A DNA stretch of 64,000 nucleotides, from NCBI RefSeq assembly GCF_006345805.1, contig NC_043003.1, forward strand, positions 111,414,001-111,478,000, given 5' to 3'. The notes beneath the pieces were generated by a model. The model had not been told where the DNA came from, searched no databases, and worked only from the letters and a program-made list of their open reading frames with translations. This DNA comes from Octopus sinensis. Lineage: Eukaryota. The translations under genes were made by a program, and so were the position numbers. Shown piece after piece: positions 12,061 through 25,608 of the stretch. How positions within the stretch are numbered: position 1 is the first letter of the stretch; each line of letters begins with the position of its first letter.

Positions 12061-12955
12061 ATCTTTCTTTATTAGCCACATATAGCCGAACACAGAGGGG
12101 ACAAATACAGTGTATAGGTTTTCTTTCAGAACGAGTAAAAGAATATGAAAATAGAAAAAAAAAGAGGAAAAACCATCTTTGCTACATACCAACCTTTTAT
12201 TGAATCTTTCGTGCGATAAATCTTGCCTGTCTATTCTCACCTTCCTTTTCAAGTGGTACTTGAAATAGTTGATGAGCGATTGGCCAGAAGGAAAGTGTTT
12301 GTCTCTAAACCTTTCGCTCTAGTCCACCACACAGATTCTTTCACCATGGCCACCAGTACGATGAAAACTGCCTTGCCTTCCACATTAAGGGAAGATGGCG
12401 AGGCAATTTTTTACGATAGACCCGACCGACAAATGAAATCGTCCCACACGTGACAGCAGCTTTTAGATATCAGCCAACAGGTCCGAAATGGTCGAACACT
12501 GCATTAGTGCGTGCAGAACGGTTTCATCGCTCGGACCGCATCTCGGCATGTCGGTCTACTGTCTCTCGAACCATATCTGTAGAGCTTATTCCGAACGGAC
12601 AATGGTTCCCGATACCTCTGCCAGGCCAGAGACTTGTAGTGATTGTCTATAGGTCCCCGTCCGAAAGTTGACCTGAACGGGCGGGTCAGGTGTCCCTCGT
12701 CGACAGCCAGGTTCTCCCCGGGAACGTCGTTGCACCTCCCCTCCACAAATGCTCTATAGAAGGACTTCGTGGAATTGAAGTCGCGCATGTTTGGTCCGGA
12801 CAGCAGAGTTATTTGGGAGCAAGGCCTCACTGTTTGTTTTCGTCCTTGTCGTGTTAATTTCTGTAGCTCTTTGCAACTGGCGCCACCAAGATGGAACGGT
12901 ATCAAAAATAACTGCGCGAAACCGTTCTGAAGTCTTAGACGCACACTGATGAGGA
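12061..12955 (-). mobile_element. Tx1/L1-like LINE 3' fragment (ORF2 C-terminus with zf-RVT/CCHC region, degraded)
   Basis: Minus-strand peptides HYKSLAWQRYREPLSVRNKLYRYG...PTCR and KRKVRIDRQDLSHERFNKR; 3' end abuts (AG)n. Confidence 0.8.
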
Positions 12956-13031
12956 ATTAGCTACGAATTTTTTCGTTTGTTACGTTTCGTTCAATTTTAT
13001 ATTTATGTTTTCATTATCTATATATTCATAT

Positions 13032-13069
<38 letters not shown>

Positions 13070-13162
13070 CATGCACATAAATATATGTGACAGATCACCT
13101 TCGATGCGTGTCTGATGAAGTGCCTGTTTAATGTTGAACACTGGTAACACACACACACACAC

Positions 13163-13243
<81 letters not shown>

Positions 13244-14094
13244 CCTATGTGTCAGTAGAAAGTAAGAAGAGAGTGGATGATAGATATCTTCTGTATCTGA
13301 CTATATTAATGATACTAGAGTATTTGTACACCATCCAGGGATATATATCTAAAACGTAGCTGCCAAGAATATATAATATATGCAAATTTTGGTATTCAAA
13401 TATTAATGCCTTAAGTTCCATATTATACATAATCATATGAAGGTGGATAGTTAAAGATGTGTATCAGTTGCCGATATTTACAGGACACCAGGCTCTAAAC
13501 TATTTTGATTAATTCAACATTCTCTGTCTCAATATATTTTATTGACATCATGGGGTTTGTTTTATCTGTTTATATATACATAGAATGTGGGCTAGTGGGC
13601 TAAAATATATGAATATGCTATGTAGTACAGAATTCAACTTAAAGCATTATTCATATATAAATATACTTATTCAAAATAGACTGTTCGTTAAAAATTGAAG
13701 AAAAATAAATACTACAACGCAAAAACGTAACTTAACAGAGAAGTAACAGGCAATTATTTAGTGTAAAACGCAATCAGTTGGACAAATAAGTATGGGACTA
13801 CATACAAACCAACGAATACAATTATAAATAGAAACCTGTTACAGCTCTCATCTGAAAATTGCTGAAACCCGAAAGCAAGGTGGGAAGACACTTTCTGTTT
13901 AAATGAAATTTATGTTCGACGAGTTTTGAATATTCCAGTCTCATTCGTTCACCTCAATTCATAGTCCCAATGGTGTGTGTGTGTATGTGTGTGCGTGCGT
14001 GTGAGTGTGTGTGTGTGTTTGCGTGTGTGTTACTTTTCTATATCCAGACAGAGGGTTAATTGGAAGGTGATACGCATACAAATACATGGCATAT

Positions 14095-14157
<63 letters not shown>

Positions 14158-14829
14158 TCAGTAGAATTTGGTCCAATATAATATTCAGTTATCCAGTTAT
14201 CTACTTGGTATATTTCATTTAAAATCTTTCAATATGCGTTTCACGTAGCCCATAGATGCTCTCATATATCAAATTTAATTTATATGACTATATTAAGTAG
14301 CAACTCTGTTATAATTACCTCCTTCACTGGATGAGATATTCCGTAGCATACGTATCTCATGAGGGTTTCGTTGCAATTTTCTCACTTATGATATTTTAAT
14401 TTTAAAGAAAAACTTAATTTTGTGTCATCTTACAAGGACATACTTTTACGTCAAATATCTCTCACATTTCTTTGGATTCATCTTGATCGTATTAAGCTAC
14501 TTGTACATTTGAATGCATAATTCTCCAGCTCATAGAACCGGCTTAGGAAATGTTGTCACTTGGCCTGCAGAAATATTTCCGAACATGTCCCACACAAATA
14601 GGAACGTAACTGTTTAATTTATTCCAGTTATTTTCTTAGGCTCCATTCCATTTCACCCCTAATTAAAACTCTTTTAAGACCTTCATTAATTTGTATCATT
14701 TACAAGTTATATAATCCGTTGTTGAGTTAACAAGCTTGAGCAATACGTGACTTGCGATTAGAAATGTGTTGTACATTCGCCAAAGATCAACATCACATAA
14801 CTAATAATAATAATCAGGTTTTGGGGTTT

Positions 14830-15590
14830 ACTTTCGGTTTTTCTGCTTCTTTAGTTCTTGTTGTCGTTGTTGTTGATGCTTTCCAGGTGCTGTTGTCTTC
14901 TCAGTTGTTGGTGTTGGTGGGTTTGTTTCGTGTCTTTCTTGTGTCGTACTCCCTTTGTTTTGTATCTCCTGTGCTGTTGGTGGTGTGGGTAATAATGATT
15001 CCTTTTTCTTTTCACTTTTTCCTTGTTGTGGTGGTTGTTGTTGATGTTGTTGTTCTTGTTTTTGTTGTTCATTCGCTGTTAGGCACGTAGTATTTAGGTG
15101 CTCTTCACTGCCACACATGTAACAGCGAGGCCTCCTACTTTTTACCACTACGTATAGATTATAGCCGTCCGGCAGCTCAATTTGGTGTGGGACGCTATTT
15201 ATTGAGTTTTGCTCTATTTGCATCAGCAACTGAATAATTTTTCCGGACCTATTTTGTTCCTCTAAGACAGTAATCTCTTGTATATTTATATTCTCCATTT
15301 TGTAACAAATGATGGACAGCAGCCATCGTGTCTCTACATCCGGAGGAACATTTTTGATTGAGAATTTGGTCACACGTTAACCAAGGTATATCGGAATCAA
15401 AATTACTTCTTCGAGTGTAGAGAGTTCTTTGGGGTTTTTTCTTCCTTATTGAAGCGAACTTGTATCGTCGCATATCTCTTTCACAAGTTCACATAATTCT
15501 TACATGCCCATATCGGACGCCAACGTTTTTCGATCAGTTTCTGTGGTGCTTGTTCTGGTCTGTGTATTTTCGCGTTGATGACTTTATACA
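14830..15590 (-). pseudogene. L1/Tx1-type ORF1 (gag-like) relic with a CCHC zinc knuckle
   Basis: ORF 14828-15373: VPHQIELPDGYNLYVVVKSRRPRCYMCGSEEHLNTTC followed by a Q/P/T-rich tail. Cut at its 5' side by the Helitron-like element at 15593. Confidence 0.75.
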
Positions 15591-15592
15591 CG

Positions 15593-15870
15593 ACTAGCAG
15601 TATCGCCCGGCGTTGCTCGGGTTGTAAGGGAAATAACTATATAAGCATTTTTAGAGAGTTATAGCCAAAAATAGCAAAAAAATGCATTAAAAATTGAAAA
15701 AAAATTAAGGTAAATTTTTCTTTAATCGTTGACACATCGTAGATATTTTTAGAGAGTTACTTCCCTTATATAAAAGCGAAAAAAATGCATTAAAATGGAA
15801 AAATATGATGGTAATTTTTTTTTAAATCGTAGACTCATCGTAGACGCGCGCTAATACCCAGAATGGCTCG
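15593..15870 (+). mobile_element. Helitron-like element 5' part (same family as 7943); the composite may extend to ~17240
   Basis: ACTAGCAGTATCGCCCGGCGTTGCTCGGG with a CCCG/CGGG stem, and the body AAGCATTTTTAGAGAGTTATAGCCAAAA shared with 7943-8050. Confidence 0.7.
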
Positions 15871-15969
15871 TTTGTTATTCTGGGTAACTTTCTGTAAAAT
15901 TATTAAAATTTTGTTCAAACATCGCTATAGAAAATGGGTTATTAGCTAATATTCAATTGGGTATACAAC

Positions 15970-16320
15970 AAAATTTTACGATAGAATTTGTTATTCTGGG
16001 TAACTTTCTGATACCCATAATAATATTTATGGCAAAATAGGCCTTAATTTCATTTAAGATTGTGGGAAATAACAAACTATCCTTTCTTTCGTTTTGTTTA
16101 CGTTTAGCGTAACAGTTCGTTTCTGCCGTAATGATTTCAAATGGGCTCATTCGAAAAAGTAAATAGAAATAGTGTAAGGCTTTACTCTTCTGGGAAAGTC
16201 TGTGGCTTAGTGCAGTTTCTTCAGAAAAATCACCGAAAGAAACAGTTTTTAAATTTTCACTCCATTCAGGTGCTAATTCGTGTTCTTAATCGCTGTCGGA
16301 TTCACTGTTTTCACTTTAAT
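15970..16320 (-). pseudogene. piggyBac (PGBD-like) transposase N-terminal fragment
   Basis: Minus strand reads SENSESDSD*EHELAPEWSENLK...HYFYLLFRMSPFEIITAETNCYAKRKQ...PTILNEIKAYFAINIIMGIRKLPRITN, matching the piggyBac pattern ETNxYA...ExKAF.G..I.MG..xLP. Confidence 0.8.
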
Positions 16321-17243
16321 AGCTGCCAACTTGCAAAGACAAAGGAGGAGAGGGTGATAGCGTGAGTGAAACAATTCGCTCCCTTTGTGTGTGTGTGCGT
16401 TTGCGTGTGGTGTAAACCAGACTAAGAAAAGCATTTGACACACACACCAGAATGTGAGTTTTCTGTAAATTTTGCTTAATTGGAGTTTAAATTTTTAAAA
16501 CTGGACCTGGCATGACGCGATGCATTGTACTCTTAAAATTGCTAGGTAAATTGTAATTGAAGAAATCCTATATTGTAGATTTGTATAACTCCCAAAGGGA
16601 GGCAGATAAAATCTGCCTTTTATAATAAGAGATTGGTAGCAAAGGTGGTAGTTGTAGCAGCAGAAGTTGTAGTAGTCGACGGCAGAGTTAAAAACTTTAG
16701 TGGCGGTGATGGTGGATGGGTTTGCGACATTGGTTTTATTGTTATTGTTGTTGGTGGTGGTGGTGACAGCGGCGTTCAACTTGTCAGGCTCAGCAACTAA
16801 CCTTTTCAGTCCATCACTGTCAATAATTGAAGCAACGACATTTGCGCAGTGATCTGCATTTTCCCTTTCCCAATTTTTACTTTCTTTTGTTTTATGTGTG
16901 TGAATTGTTTGCTTTTGGTAGGGGAATCTAGGAGACTCTTCATCAGTTGTTTTTAGCGACTCGCTACCGTTCCGCATGATTTGCGCGCTGGCCACGTGAT
17001 TTGAAATCGCCATTTTCGAAACGAAAATCGCTAAAATGAGGTGAAGTAAGCCTTCAAAAGTTTGGAAATTTCGCTCACAGAGGGGCGAATCACGTGGAAA
17101 CATTAAATAAGGTTGGAAGTGGATATTGTTACACAACTTTTTCGCACGAAATATTCAACAATAAAACTGTTTAACACGTAAAAATAGCCAAATTACGTGG
17201 AGCCGATTTCACTTGCGTCCGTCCATAGATACATAGACAGATG

Positions 17244-17310
<67 letters not shown>

Positions 17311-17311
<1 letters not shown>

Positions 17312-18105
17312 TCTTTATGTATTAGCCACACAGGGCTGCACATTGCCGGGACAGATTACAAGGTAAAGCTTCTGTTTTGGGGGGAGATAAAACAAAAAGG
17401 TTGGTTAGGTTTTCGATCAAAAGGGATCGTAAAAGGGAAAGAAGAAAATAAATAAATGAATAAATAAATGTTTTTAAAAAAGGGAAAAAAGGGGAAAAAA
17501 CGACCAGTAGGGATCATGTATCACAGTGTCATGGTGTAAAGTGTAAATGAGGAAGCAGATAAGGTTTATCCGTCGAAAGTAAAGCCTACGAAAAATACCA
17601 CGGTAACCTCGTTCAATTATGTTACATGTTACCATATTTGTTTGCAAGTAGGTAAATCTCAGTTTTAAAATTTCCGGGTTCATAGGATTATGCTCAAGGT
17701 GGCTTCGTCATTCATACGTGCCATCCTTGCTACACCGATCATTTTTAAAACATTCACTAGACAAATCTTGCCTCTCTACTTTCACTTTCCTTTTCAAGTG
17801 ATACTTGAAAAAGTTGATGAGAGGTTGACCAGAGAGGAAAGTGTTTGACTCCAATCCTTTCAGACACGTCCACCATATACATTCTTTCGCCATAGCCACA
17901 AGTATGATGAAAATAGCTCTTCCTTCCCGTTTGAAGGAAGGAGGCGTGACGATATTAACGATAGACTCGGCTGATAGACCGACTCGTCCTACACGTGACA
18001 GCAGTCGTTCAACATAGGCCCACAGGTCAGAAATTGTCGGACATTACACGAGTGCGTGCAGAATGTTTCGTCGCTCTGACTGCATCTCGGGCAGGTCAGC
18101 CAGAT
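17311..18105 (-). mobile_element. Tx1/L1-like LINE 3' fragment
   Basis: TCPRCSQSDETF, MAKECIWWTCLKGL...FLSGQPLINFFKYHLKRKVKVERQDL; 3' end abuts (GATA)n at 17245-17310. Confidence 0.8.
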
Positions 18106-18841
18106 AGATAGATAGATAGATAGACAGATAGGCAGACATACATACATACATACATACATACATACATACATACATACTTACATACATACATACATGCATA
18201 CATGCATGCATGCATATATACAGATAGATAGGTAGATAGATATATATATATATAGAGAGAGAGAGATTGATACATACATACTATACAAATATTTAGTATA
18301 TATAAATGTGTGTATATATGTCTATATGTGTTTGTGACTGTGCATTTATCTATATACAGATAAGATTCTGTAGTTGCCGTTAACCAAATTAACTCACGAG
18401 CTACTAGTTTGCTGGCTTATAGTAAAATCATGTTCCCGTGATTCCTTGTAGATGGATGGGAGTCAGAACCAAGAAGTTTCATGTATATCTGCTTTTATAT
18501 GAGAAGAGTTTTGTACAAATTTGTTCAACTCTTCCTTATTTCTAATGAAATGTGTGGTGTGAGAGGCCACCCCATTACACTTCTCTGAGTACAAGATAGA
18601 CGATTCCGTGGAAAAGTATGAATCTCTAAGGTGGACATTGAGATTCTAACTAAAAGAGGAAGAGAGAGATGAGCAATGAAACATGAGGATCAAGACATAA
18701 GAGAAAGCAACTTCAGAGTGTGAGGGGCAAATCATTTTTCGATTCCGGAAGGAAGGATACAAACTTGAACTTGGTTTGACTTAAAATTGGAGAACAGAGG
18801 GTAGGAACAAATATCTAAGCATACTATTCAACTATCTAAAG

Positions 18842-19053
18842 CAGCGGTTCTAAATTTTTTGCCTATGGATTCCTTTGATTCTTATTTCACTCCACTGGGC
18901 CTCCACAACCATTCGATGTATATAAAACAAATTCTCCGGTATATTTATAATGAGATATTATTAAAACTATAACCAATATATTGTACATAAATCTTAACAA
19001 CAAATTCTTATATGGATCTCTATGGGTCATATGTACCCGGGTGAGAACCACTG
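18842..19053. mobile_element. hAT-like MITE
   Basis: Imperfect TIRs CAGCGGTTCT / TGAGAACCACTG (CAGTGGTTCTCA type). The 8-bp flanks match only partly (ATCTAAAG vs GTTTAAAA). Confidence 0.55.
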
Positions 19054-20899
19054 GTTTAAAAGTATCGTCAATTTGCCACATGCTTACTCACAAATAAGTA
19101 TACACATAGATAGATACGTTCAACTACAGGTGAGGTAAACTCTCTTTCATTATTTCAAGATTCATAGACAAAGCATGTTTGTAGTATTTAGGAGAGAAAT
19201 TCTCCTTCTCACCCATTCTGTCTGTCTCGTTCTGTTTCTCTCCGTCTCTGTCTCTCCCTTTCGCTATTTCTTTCTCTTTCTCTCTCTGTCTCACTCTCTC
19301 TCTCTCTTTCTTTCTTACACACATATACCAAGGAGAAATATAGACTGCGATTAGTGTATTATTTCAAACACTTGAACAGCAAATCCTATCCAGTTTGACT
19401 AGGAGCACGGACCCGAAAAATTAAACATTGCAGGAAGGTGCTGTAATTGTGTGTGTGTGTGTGTGCGTGCGTGCGACTGTGTTTCTGTGTTCACGAGTGT
19501 GCCTTGATAGTGTGTCATAATGTATGTATGCATTTGTGCATCCATACTTTATACTCATTCCATAAGTTCCCGTTTGAACTACTGACTGTGTAAAGAAAAG
19601 GTGCATGTATCTAAATTATAGTAAATCAATCGAATATTTCGACGAAATTGTCCTATTACCAATCAGTATATGCCTAAAAACAATAAAATTAAGCAGAAAA
19701 TAAAAGGTTTACATGAGTTTTCTCTCTTCGCAGTTGATTTATAATACATAAGTAATTTTATTCGGGGCTATATCAGAAGACACTCCTTCAAAATGTTGTG
19801 GTGTGGGACTGAAACTAAATCGGCAGGTTCGAGGTAATAACACAACGTATGAAATCACGTGATGGTTTATTGGTATGATGGTCCTTCTAGTGTCCATTTT
19901 ATCTTTGGATGTACAAAATTACTAGACACACAGGAACTTTTTTTTTCAATTACGTTATCTTTGGCATGCCAAAGGATAGAGAAAATTAAAAAGAGCGAGA
20001 CGAGAAAGCAAATGGAATACAAGATACTAAACCTCTATGGCCTCGAGAAAAATAAATAAAAAAAAAACAGAGTATCTCTACGCATTGACAACGGAGATAA
20101 AGAAAGATTATGAGGAGTGGGGATGAGAGAGATAGAAGGGTTATTGAGAGTGTAGAGAAGAGTCTCATAATGGCATTAGGGAAACTTTGAATACAAACAA
20201 AGAGCAATCACAGAACTACATATTCGACCATCTCTCTACTTCTCTATCTTTCTCCTTCTCACTCTCTCTATTTGTTTGCCTCTTTTTATCTCTCTCTCTC
20301 TCTCTCTCTCTCTGACATTCATTTTGTTTACAAAACAGCAAGTTAATAAGAGACATTATCTCAGGACAAATAATGCATTAACTGTCCTATAGACAGTGTA
20401 TATACATTCAGCATGATACACAGATGACTATTTTAATTAAATACGCTCTTAACTGTGTATAATATAATTTTAATCAGCCGGTGGCTTTTACCAAAATCAC
20501 TGGATGTTTTATTCACTTTTTCCTCTTTCAGAGATGGCGAAATCTCTTGAAAGCTTTCATCTGAAAAGGACGTAGTAGACTGAAACACATATGGCGTCCT
20601 AGCTGACCACTGCTGTGACAAATTTTGGTATTCGTCTCACATTTGTTGCGTTTTTTAACACAGCATATTCTTAAGAGTTGTTATCTTAAAACAGATACTA
20701 CAATAACTGGCTTCTTGACAGTGAGAATGCATTAAATACGATACACAAGTAGTTATCTCAATTCATTATTGCTTCAGCTGCGTACACTGAGGTGTGTATA
20801 TTTATATTATATTGGTGTATACATTGTGCAGAATGATTATTTTAGTTCATTTAGAAAGCAATAAATTTACGATCGAAGAATAAACATCCGACTATCTCT

Positions 20900-23750
20900 T
20901 TAAGTGTCTGGCTAACAACTGTAATGTTAGAAGTCCAAGTTTATTTTGATGCTAAATGAGTATTTTCGGAGAGAAACCAACGAAAATACAGAAGCTTCAA
21001 AATACCATGATAGTAGCGTGTTTGTGGTGTAGTGTCGCATGAGGTGACGAGGGAGGAAAAACAATGGATAAAAATTTGTGAGGAAGCTAAATCTAGCAAT
21101 GAAAATCGAAATGATTCTACAAGTTGTTCCATGTTCGACGGAATCCTTTTAAACTCTGTATACTGAAAGTGAATTGGAAAAACATAGAAAATGTGGTGTT
21201 TGCCTATGTTTGCGGCAAATGTAACTAGAGAAAGGGAAACCTCATTAGTTGTCAGAAAGGTGATTGTGCGAAGGAGGGCTTAGCATCCAGGAATTGAATA
21301 GGAAGAATATAGTCAAAGTTAAATGTGCTGATGATAGTAAAGTTTTTAAAACAAGGCTCGGTAGCATGGACATTTCTGCAAGCAATAAAATTAGTTTCCC
21401 AATGATGACTGGAGCTTTTAATGTCATGACTATAATTCTACAAAAATAATAAGCTTTGGAAAAGAGGAATGTTACTTTAGTTTAAACCTGGAATATTCTG
21501 TCACCCATTAGAATTGGAAAACATGAATGCGAGAAAATTGTTAAAAAGATAAAAGATGTAAAACGATGTGTTTTTGGAATTACCCTATAGAAAACATGAG
21601 AGTAACAATGATGATAAAAATGGTTTTTCCTTTGGAATTATTGCAGGAGATTGGAAAGGATGCAAGGAAATAGAAGAAAGAATAAATTATTGTAAATGAA
21701 TTTCAATTTGCCGGACATTGACTGAAAAACCATTTCAGTGTATTTAGATGTAAATTCGGTGCAGGAGCTTGCTAATATATCACACAGCATATATACGCGA
21801 TAAAAAGTTTTAGGATAGGTGTAAACGGAAGCATATTTGATTAGTAATAGCTGAAAATAAAGAACTATTGTATGATGTGTGTGTTACGATTTTATTAAGG
21901 GAAAAGTATCCAGAGGTACATTAATTTCAAATTCAATGCAGTAAAATTAAAATAAATAAATCGAATGTTAACAAGTATTGCCTACGAGAAATGACACTAA
22001 GACCTAAATGAGAATATTACAGAATATAATTTGGATTGTGTATACTGAGAGCAATAATGAGGAGAAAATACTGGAAAATTTATGGGCAACTAGCAAGAAG
22101 TGATAAACGAATTCATTGCTTCTTTGAAATTACAGGGAAGTGATGTAAATAGTCGAAGGACTAATATTTATCTGTCAATGGTCAGAACACCAGGGTTGAT
22201 AACAAACCGAAAAGAAAGTTTATTGAAATGACCAAGAGAAATAACAGAGAGGAAGATAAATAATATATAATGGGTTTGATACTTGCGACACAATTTATAA
22301 CTTACGTTGGAAAGGATCCTAGGTGGATAGTAAAGAATAAACAGCAAGTTATTGCAATGTAAAGACGAAAGTTGAAATATTCTGAGATAAATGTTAAGGC
22401 TAAACTAAATATAAACCCTGGGGAAATTGGTCGTGTAAGGGATGCATAGAAATAAACAATTGCTGTCAACATAGAGAAATAGAGTTATATTATTTAAAGG
22501 AATTATTTGAGTCCCTATAAAAATAAACATGATGGGCAAAAATTCAAGGCAGAAACAAAACACTTCACATCGCTGTCAAGCATGAAGATAATCAAGCTAC
22601 AAATTAAGAAAGCGTTTATGATATTGAAGAACCACTATTCTAGATTTTGATCTGAACGATTGCATCCATTAGTCATCAAGACGACTGGGAGATTCGCTTC
22701 TAGAGCAACTGGAGTTAATTTTTAAAGTTTTTTTATTGGTAAGACTCGGTATACACGAGACCTGGAGAAGAGTTAACGTTACTTCAATCTGCAAATTTGG
22801 AGATAGGCGAAATCCTGGAAAATATCGAGAAGCAAATCTCTCTTGCGTCGAATGTAAAACTTAGAAATCAACCGTGAGTGAATGGGTAATTAAACGTAAG
22901 AATAAACTGTCTTTGATTATAATCAAGTAGGTTTTAACAGTGACGTATCAACAGTAATATAACTTAGTAACTGATTCGATAAGTGAACAAAGAACGAGGA
23001 TGATGAAGGTGCCATATATAAAGCTTGTTGTACAATTTCGTAAAAACATGTTATGCGGACTATAGGAAAGGCTGTTTAAGAGTTTGAAAATTTCGAAGAT
23101 TGTCTGAACATTCTTTGTGAATCTGAATCTGCTTCAGTAACAGGATTCAAAGATTTGTTTTAGACGGATAAGCGTCAAGGTGAATGTGGTTGGGGGCCAC
23201 AATAAGTAATGACTTTGAGAGATAGATAGATTCGTTACAAACGTTTACAACCTTACGAAATCTATTTCAACTGAGCAAATGGACTCTAAATGGATTAAAA
23301 TACTATATCATATTCTGAATATTATTCAAGAAAATCATCCCCGATCTCTTTGAGCATATAAAAAACAAAATGTGTTAAATAAAATAAGATAAACTGGTTC
23401 CTTCCCCTATGTAGAGTTACATTGGGAAAAGGCTTATGCCCATCAGTATCTATCTCTAGACATCAGAAAATTCCGAAATGCCGGAAGATGTAAAATATCT
23501 CGGTAAAATAAAAGAGGATACTGGAAAAGTGGTACATGATATGACATTAACGAAACTCAACAAAATCTAAAAACTGAATATAGAATATTCTTTATTGCTT
23601 CATTAGGATCTGCGGGAGGGGATCTCTTCTTATTATATTGACGCACCATGCAATTAAAAAGAAGAAAATATTAAAATCAGTCATTACTCATTATGCTCCA
23701 TATAAGATATCACCTTTTGAAAATTGAAAATTATCGAATTAGTTATTACT
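20900..23750 (+). mobile_element. Heavily degraded CR1-clade LINE (endonuclease plus RT)
   Basis: Fossil motifs MMTGAFN (GDFN-like), LHPLVIKT..DSLLEQLELIFK, and GDRRNPGKYREANLSCVECK...NQVGF (GNYRP...QHGF-like); many stops and shifts. Confidence 0.65.
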
Positions 23751-23759
23751 ACGGCACTC

Positions 23760-24125
23760 CGTCGGTTACTACGATGAGGTTTCTAGTTGATCCAATCAAT
23801 GGAACAGCCTGCTCGTGAAGTTAACGTGCAAGTGACTGAGCACTCCACAGACACGCGCACCCTTAACGTAGTTCTCGGGAGATTCAGCGTGACACAGAGT
23901 GTGACAAGAATGGCCCTTTGAAATATAGGTATAACAGAAACAGGAAGAAAGAGTGAGAGAAAGTTGTGGTGAAAGAGTACAGCAAGGATCGCCACCACAC
24001 CTGCCGGCGCCTCGTGGAGATTTAAGCGTTCAATAAGCACTCAGAACGCCCAGTCTGGGGATCGAAACTACGACCCTATGATCACGAGACCGCTACCCTA
24101 ACCACTAAGCCATTGCGTCTCTACA
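23760..24125 (-). mobile_element. tRNA-derived SINE
   Basis: Minus-strand head GCAATGGCTTAGTGGTTAGGG...GTTTCGATCCCC (A and B boxes); related to 27440-27748. Confidence 0.7.
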
Positions 24126-24849
24126 AATTATGTATTAGTTTTGGAAAGAATTGACAGACACGGATTTTGTTTGATAGATACCAATCATTATCCATGTAGT
24201 TTATTAACAATGAGTATGAGGTCAAACCTGAGGAAAAGTTTCATAAGAATTACCTGTTACCTGTGTTTCAAAAACTCAGCTTCATGACCAACTATGATGA
24301 CCAATTTCTACTCCCAAATATGATGCAACAGTACAAAATGATGAGGGAATACTTGCAATGTAATGGTTTGAAGCAGATAGATAAAAGATTAACAAGAAAT
24401 CAGAACTCACACATGTTGCCCCACTTACCCATTTTTCCCCATTTGCTTATTTTGCCCCTCACTATGTAGTGTACCATAATAGTTGTTGCCTCATACTTTG
24501 ATTCTTCTTATATATATTACTGACCTACGTCAAGTGGTCAATGGGAATCTGTTAGTCTTCGATGCGACTAACACAAAGATACAGGAGAACATTTTTCGAG
24601 ACTAGTGAACCTGATTAATTTGAACAGAGGAATAATGAGACGAGGAAAATTCTGAAATCCTGTCGATAAGTGAAAAGAGCATAAGAGAGAACAACTGCCC
24701 CCCCTCCCCACCAACCAAAAAAAAAATAATAATAAAAAGATAACATGAAATTATTGAAGTTCTGAAGGAAATACATTGGGAAAAAGCTTGTGGGGAATAC
24801 TTGAAAGAGAAAATATGCGAAGTAATCAGCTTGGTGGTATTCATAAACT

Positions 24850-25060
24850 CTTTCTAGCATCTAGGATGAACAAATGTTTAATATATTGCAAATAGCATTG
24901 ATAAGATAGCATCTGAAAATGTATTCGGAGTACGTCGAAGAGTAATTAAAATTGTCCCGAAACTAAGTCAACTCTCATATGAATAAGGACTTAAATATGA
25001 TGGTCTTATACATTATTACCTACAAAAGATAGCATAGAGATCTTACAGAGTTTCTTCTGA
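24850..25060 (+). mobile_element. CR1-clade LINE C-terminal relic
   Basis: GTACGTCGAAGAGTAATTAAAATTGTCCCGAAACTAAGTCAACTCTCATATGAA = VRRRVIKIVPKLSQLSYE, matching the CR1 pattern VQRRATK..P.L..LSYEERL. Confidence 0.55.
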
Positions 25061-25608
25061 TTGTGGAGGGCATCTCCAACAAATAACTTGAAAAAGATAT
25101 ATTTGTGAACCTAGAAGAAATCTGAAGGAGGCACGAGGAAAAAATTTAATAACAACAAACGACATGAAACAAAAGTGAACAATCGTTTTTTGAGAGTTAT
25201 GGAAATGTTCCGAATACCTGGAAGAAATTCCCCCCAAAATTAGGCAAACTAAGAAACCAGCAACAATACTAAAAGATATCTGGACGTTACCCAGAATAAA
25301 TATTAAATATTCCACTAATATATATATATATATATATATCCACCGTGACCACCAGAGCATAAAATCAAATAAAGAAAAGGTGCTACCGGTCCTTGCCAGA
25401 CCCATTAAAATATACTCCTGTGAATCTGTGAATTATTGTGAATAATTGGTGTTGTGTCAGTGACGCTTGAAATAGCAGCAAGAATTTTGGATTAAAGTTA
25501 GAAACTGGATTTTTTCAATGGATAAAATAAAGCTGCATAAAAAAATTTAATCTAAGGCAAATTTCGTACCCAGCCCCCTTCAATTTTAGAATCTGTTTGA
25601 ACAAATCT

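Noticed and set aside
16495-17136. 213-aa minus-strand ORF as a real gene
   Set aside because: No recognisable domain, contains low-complexity T/N runs and lies inside a composite repeat.
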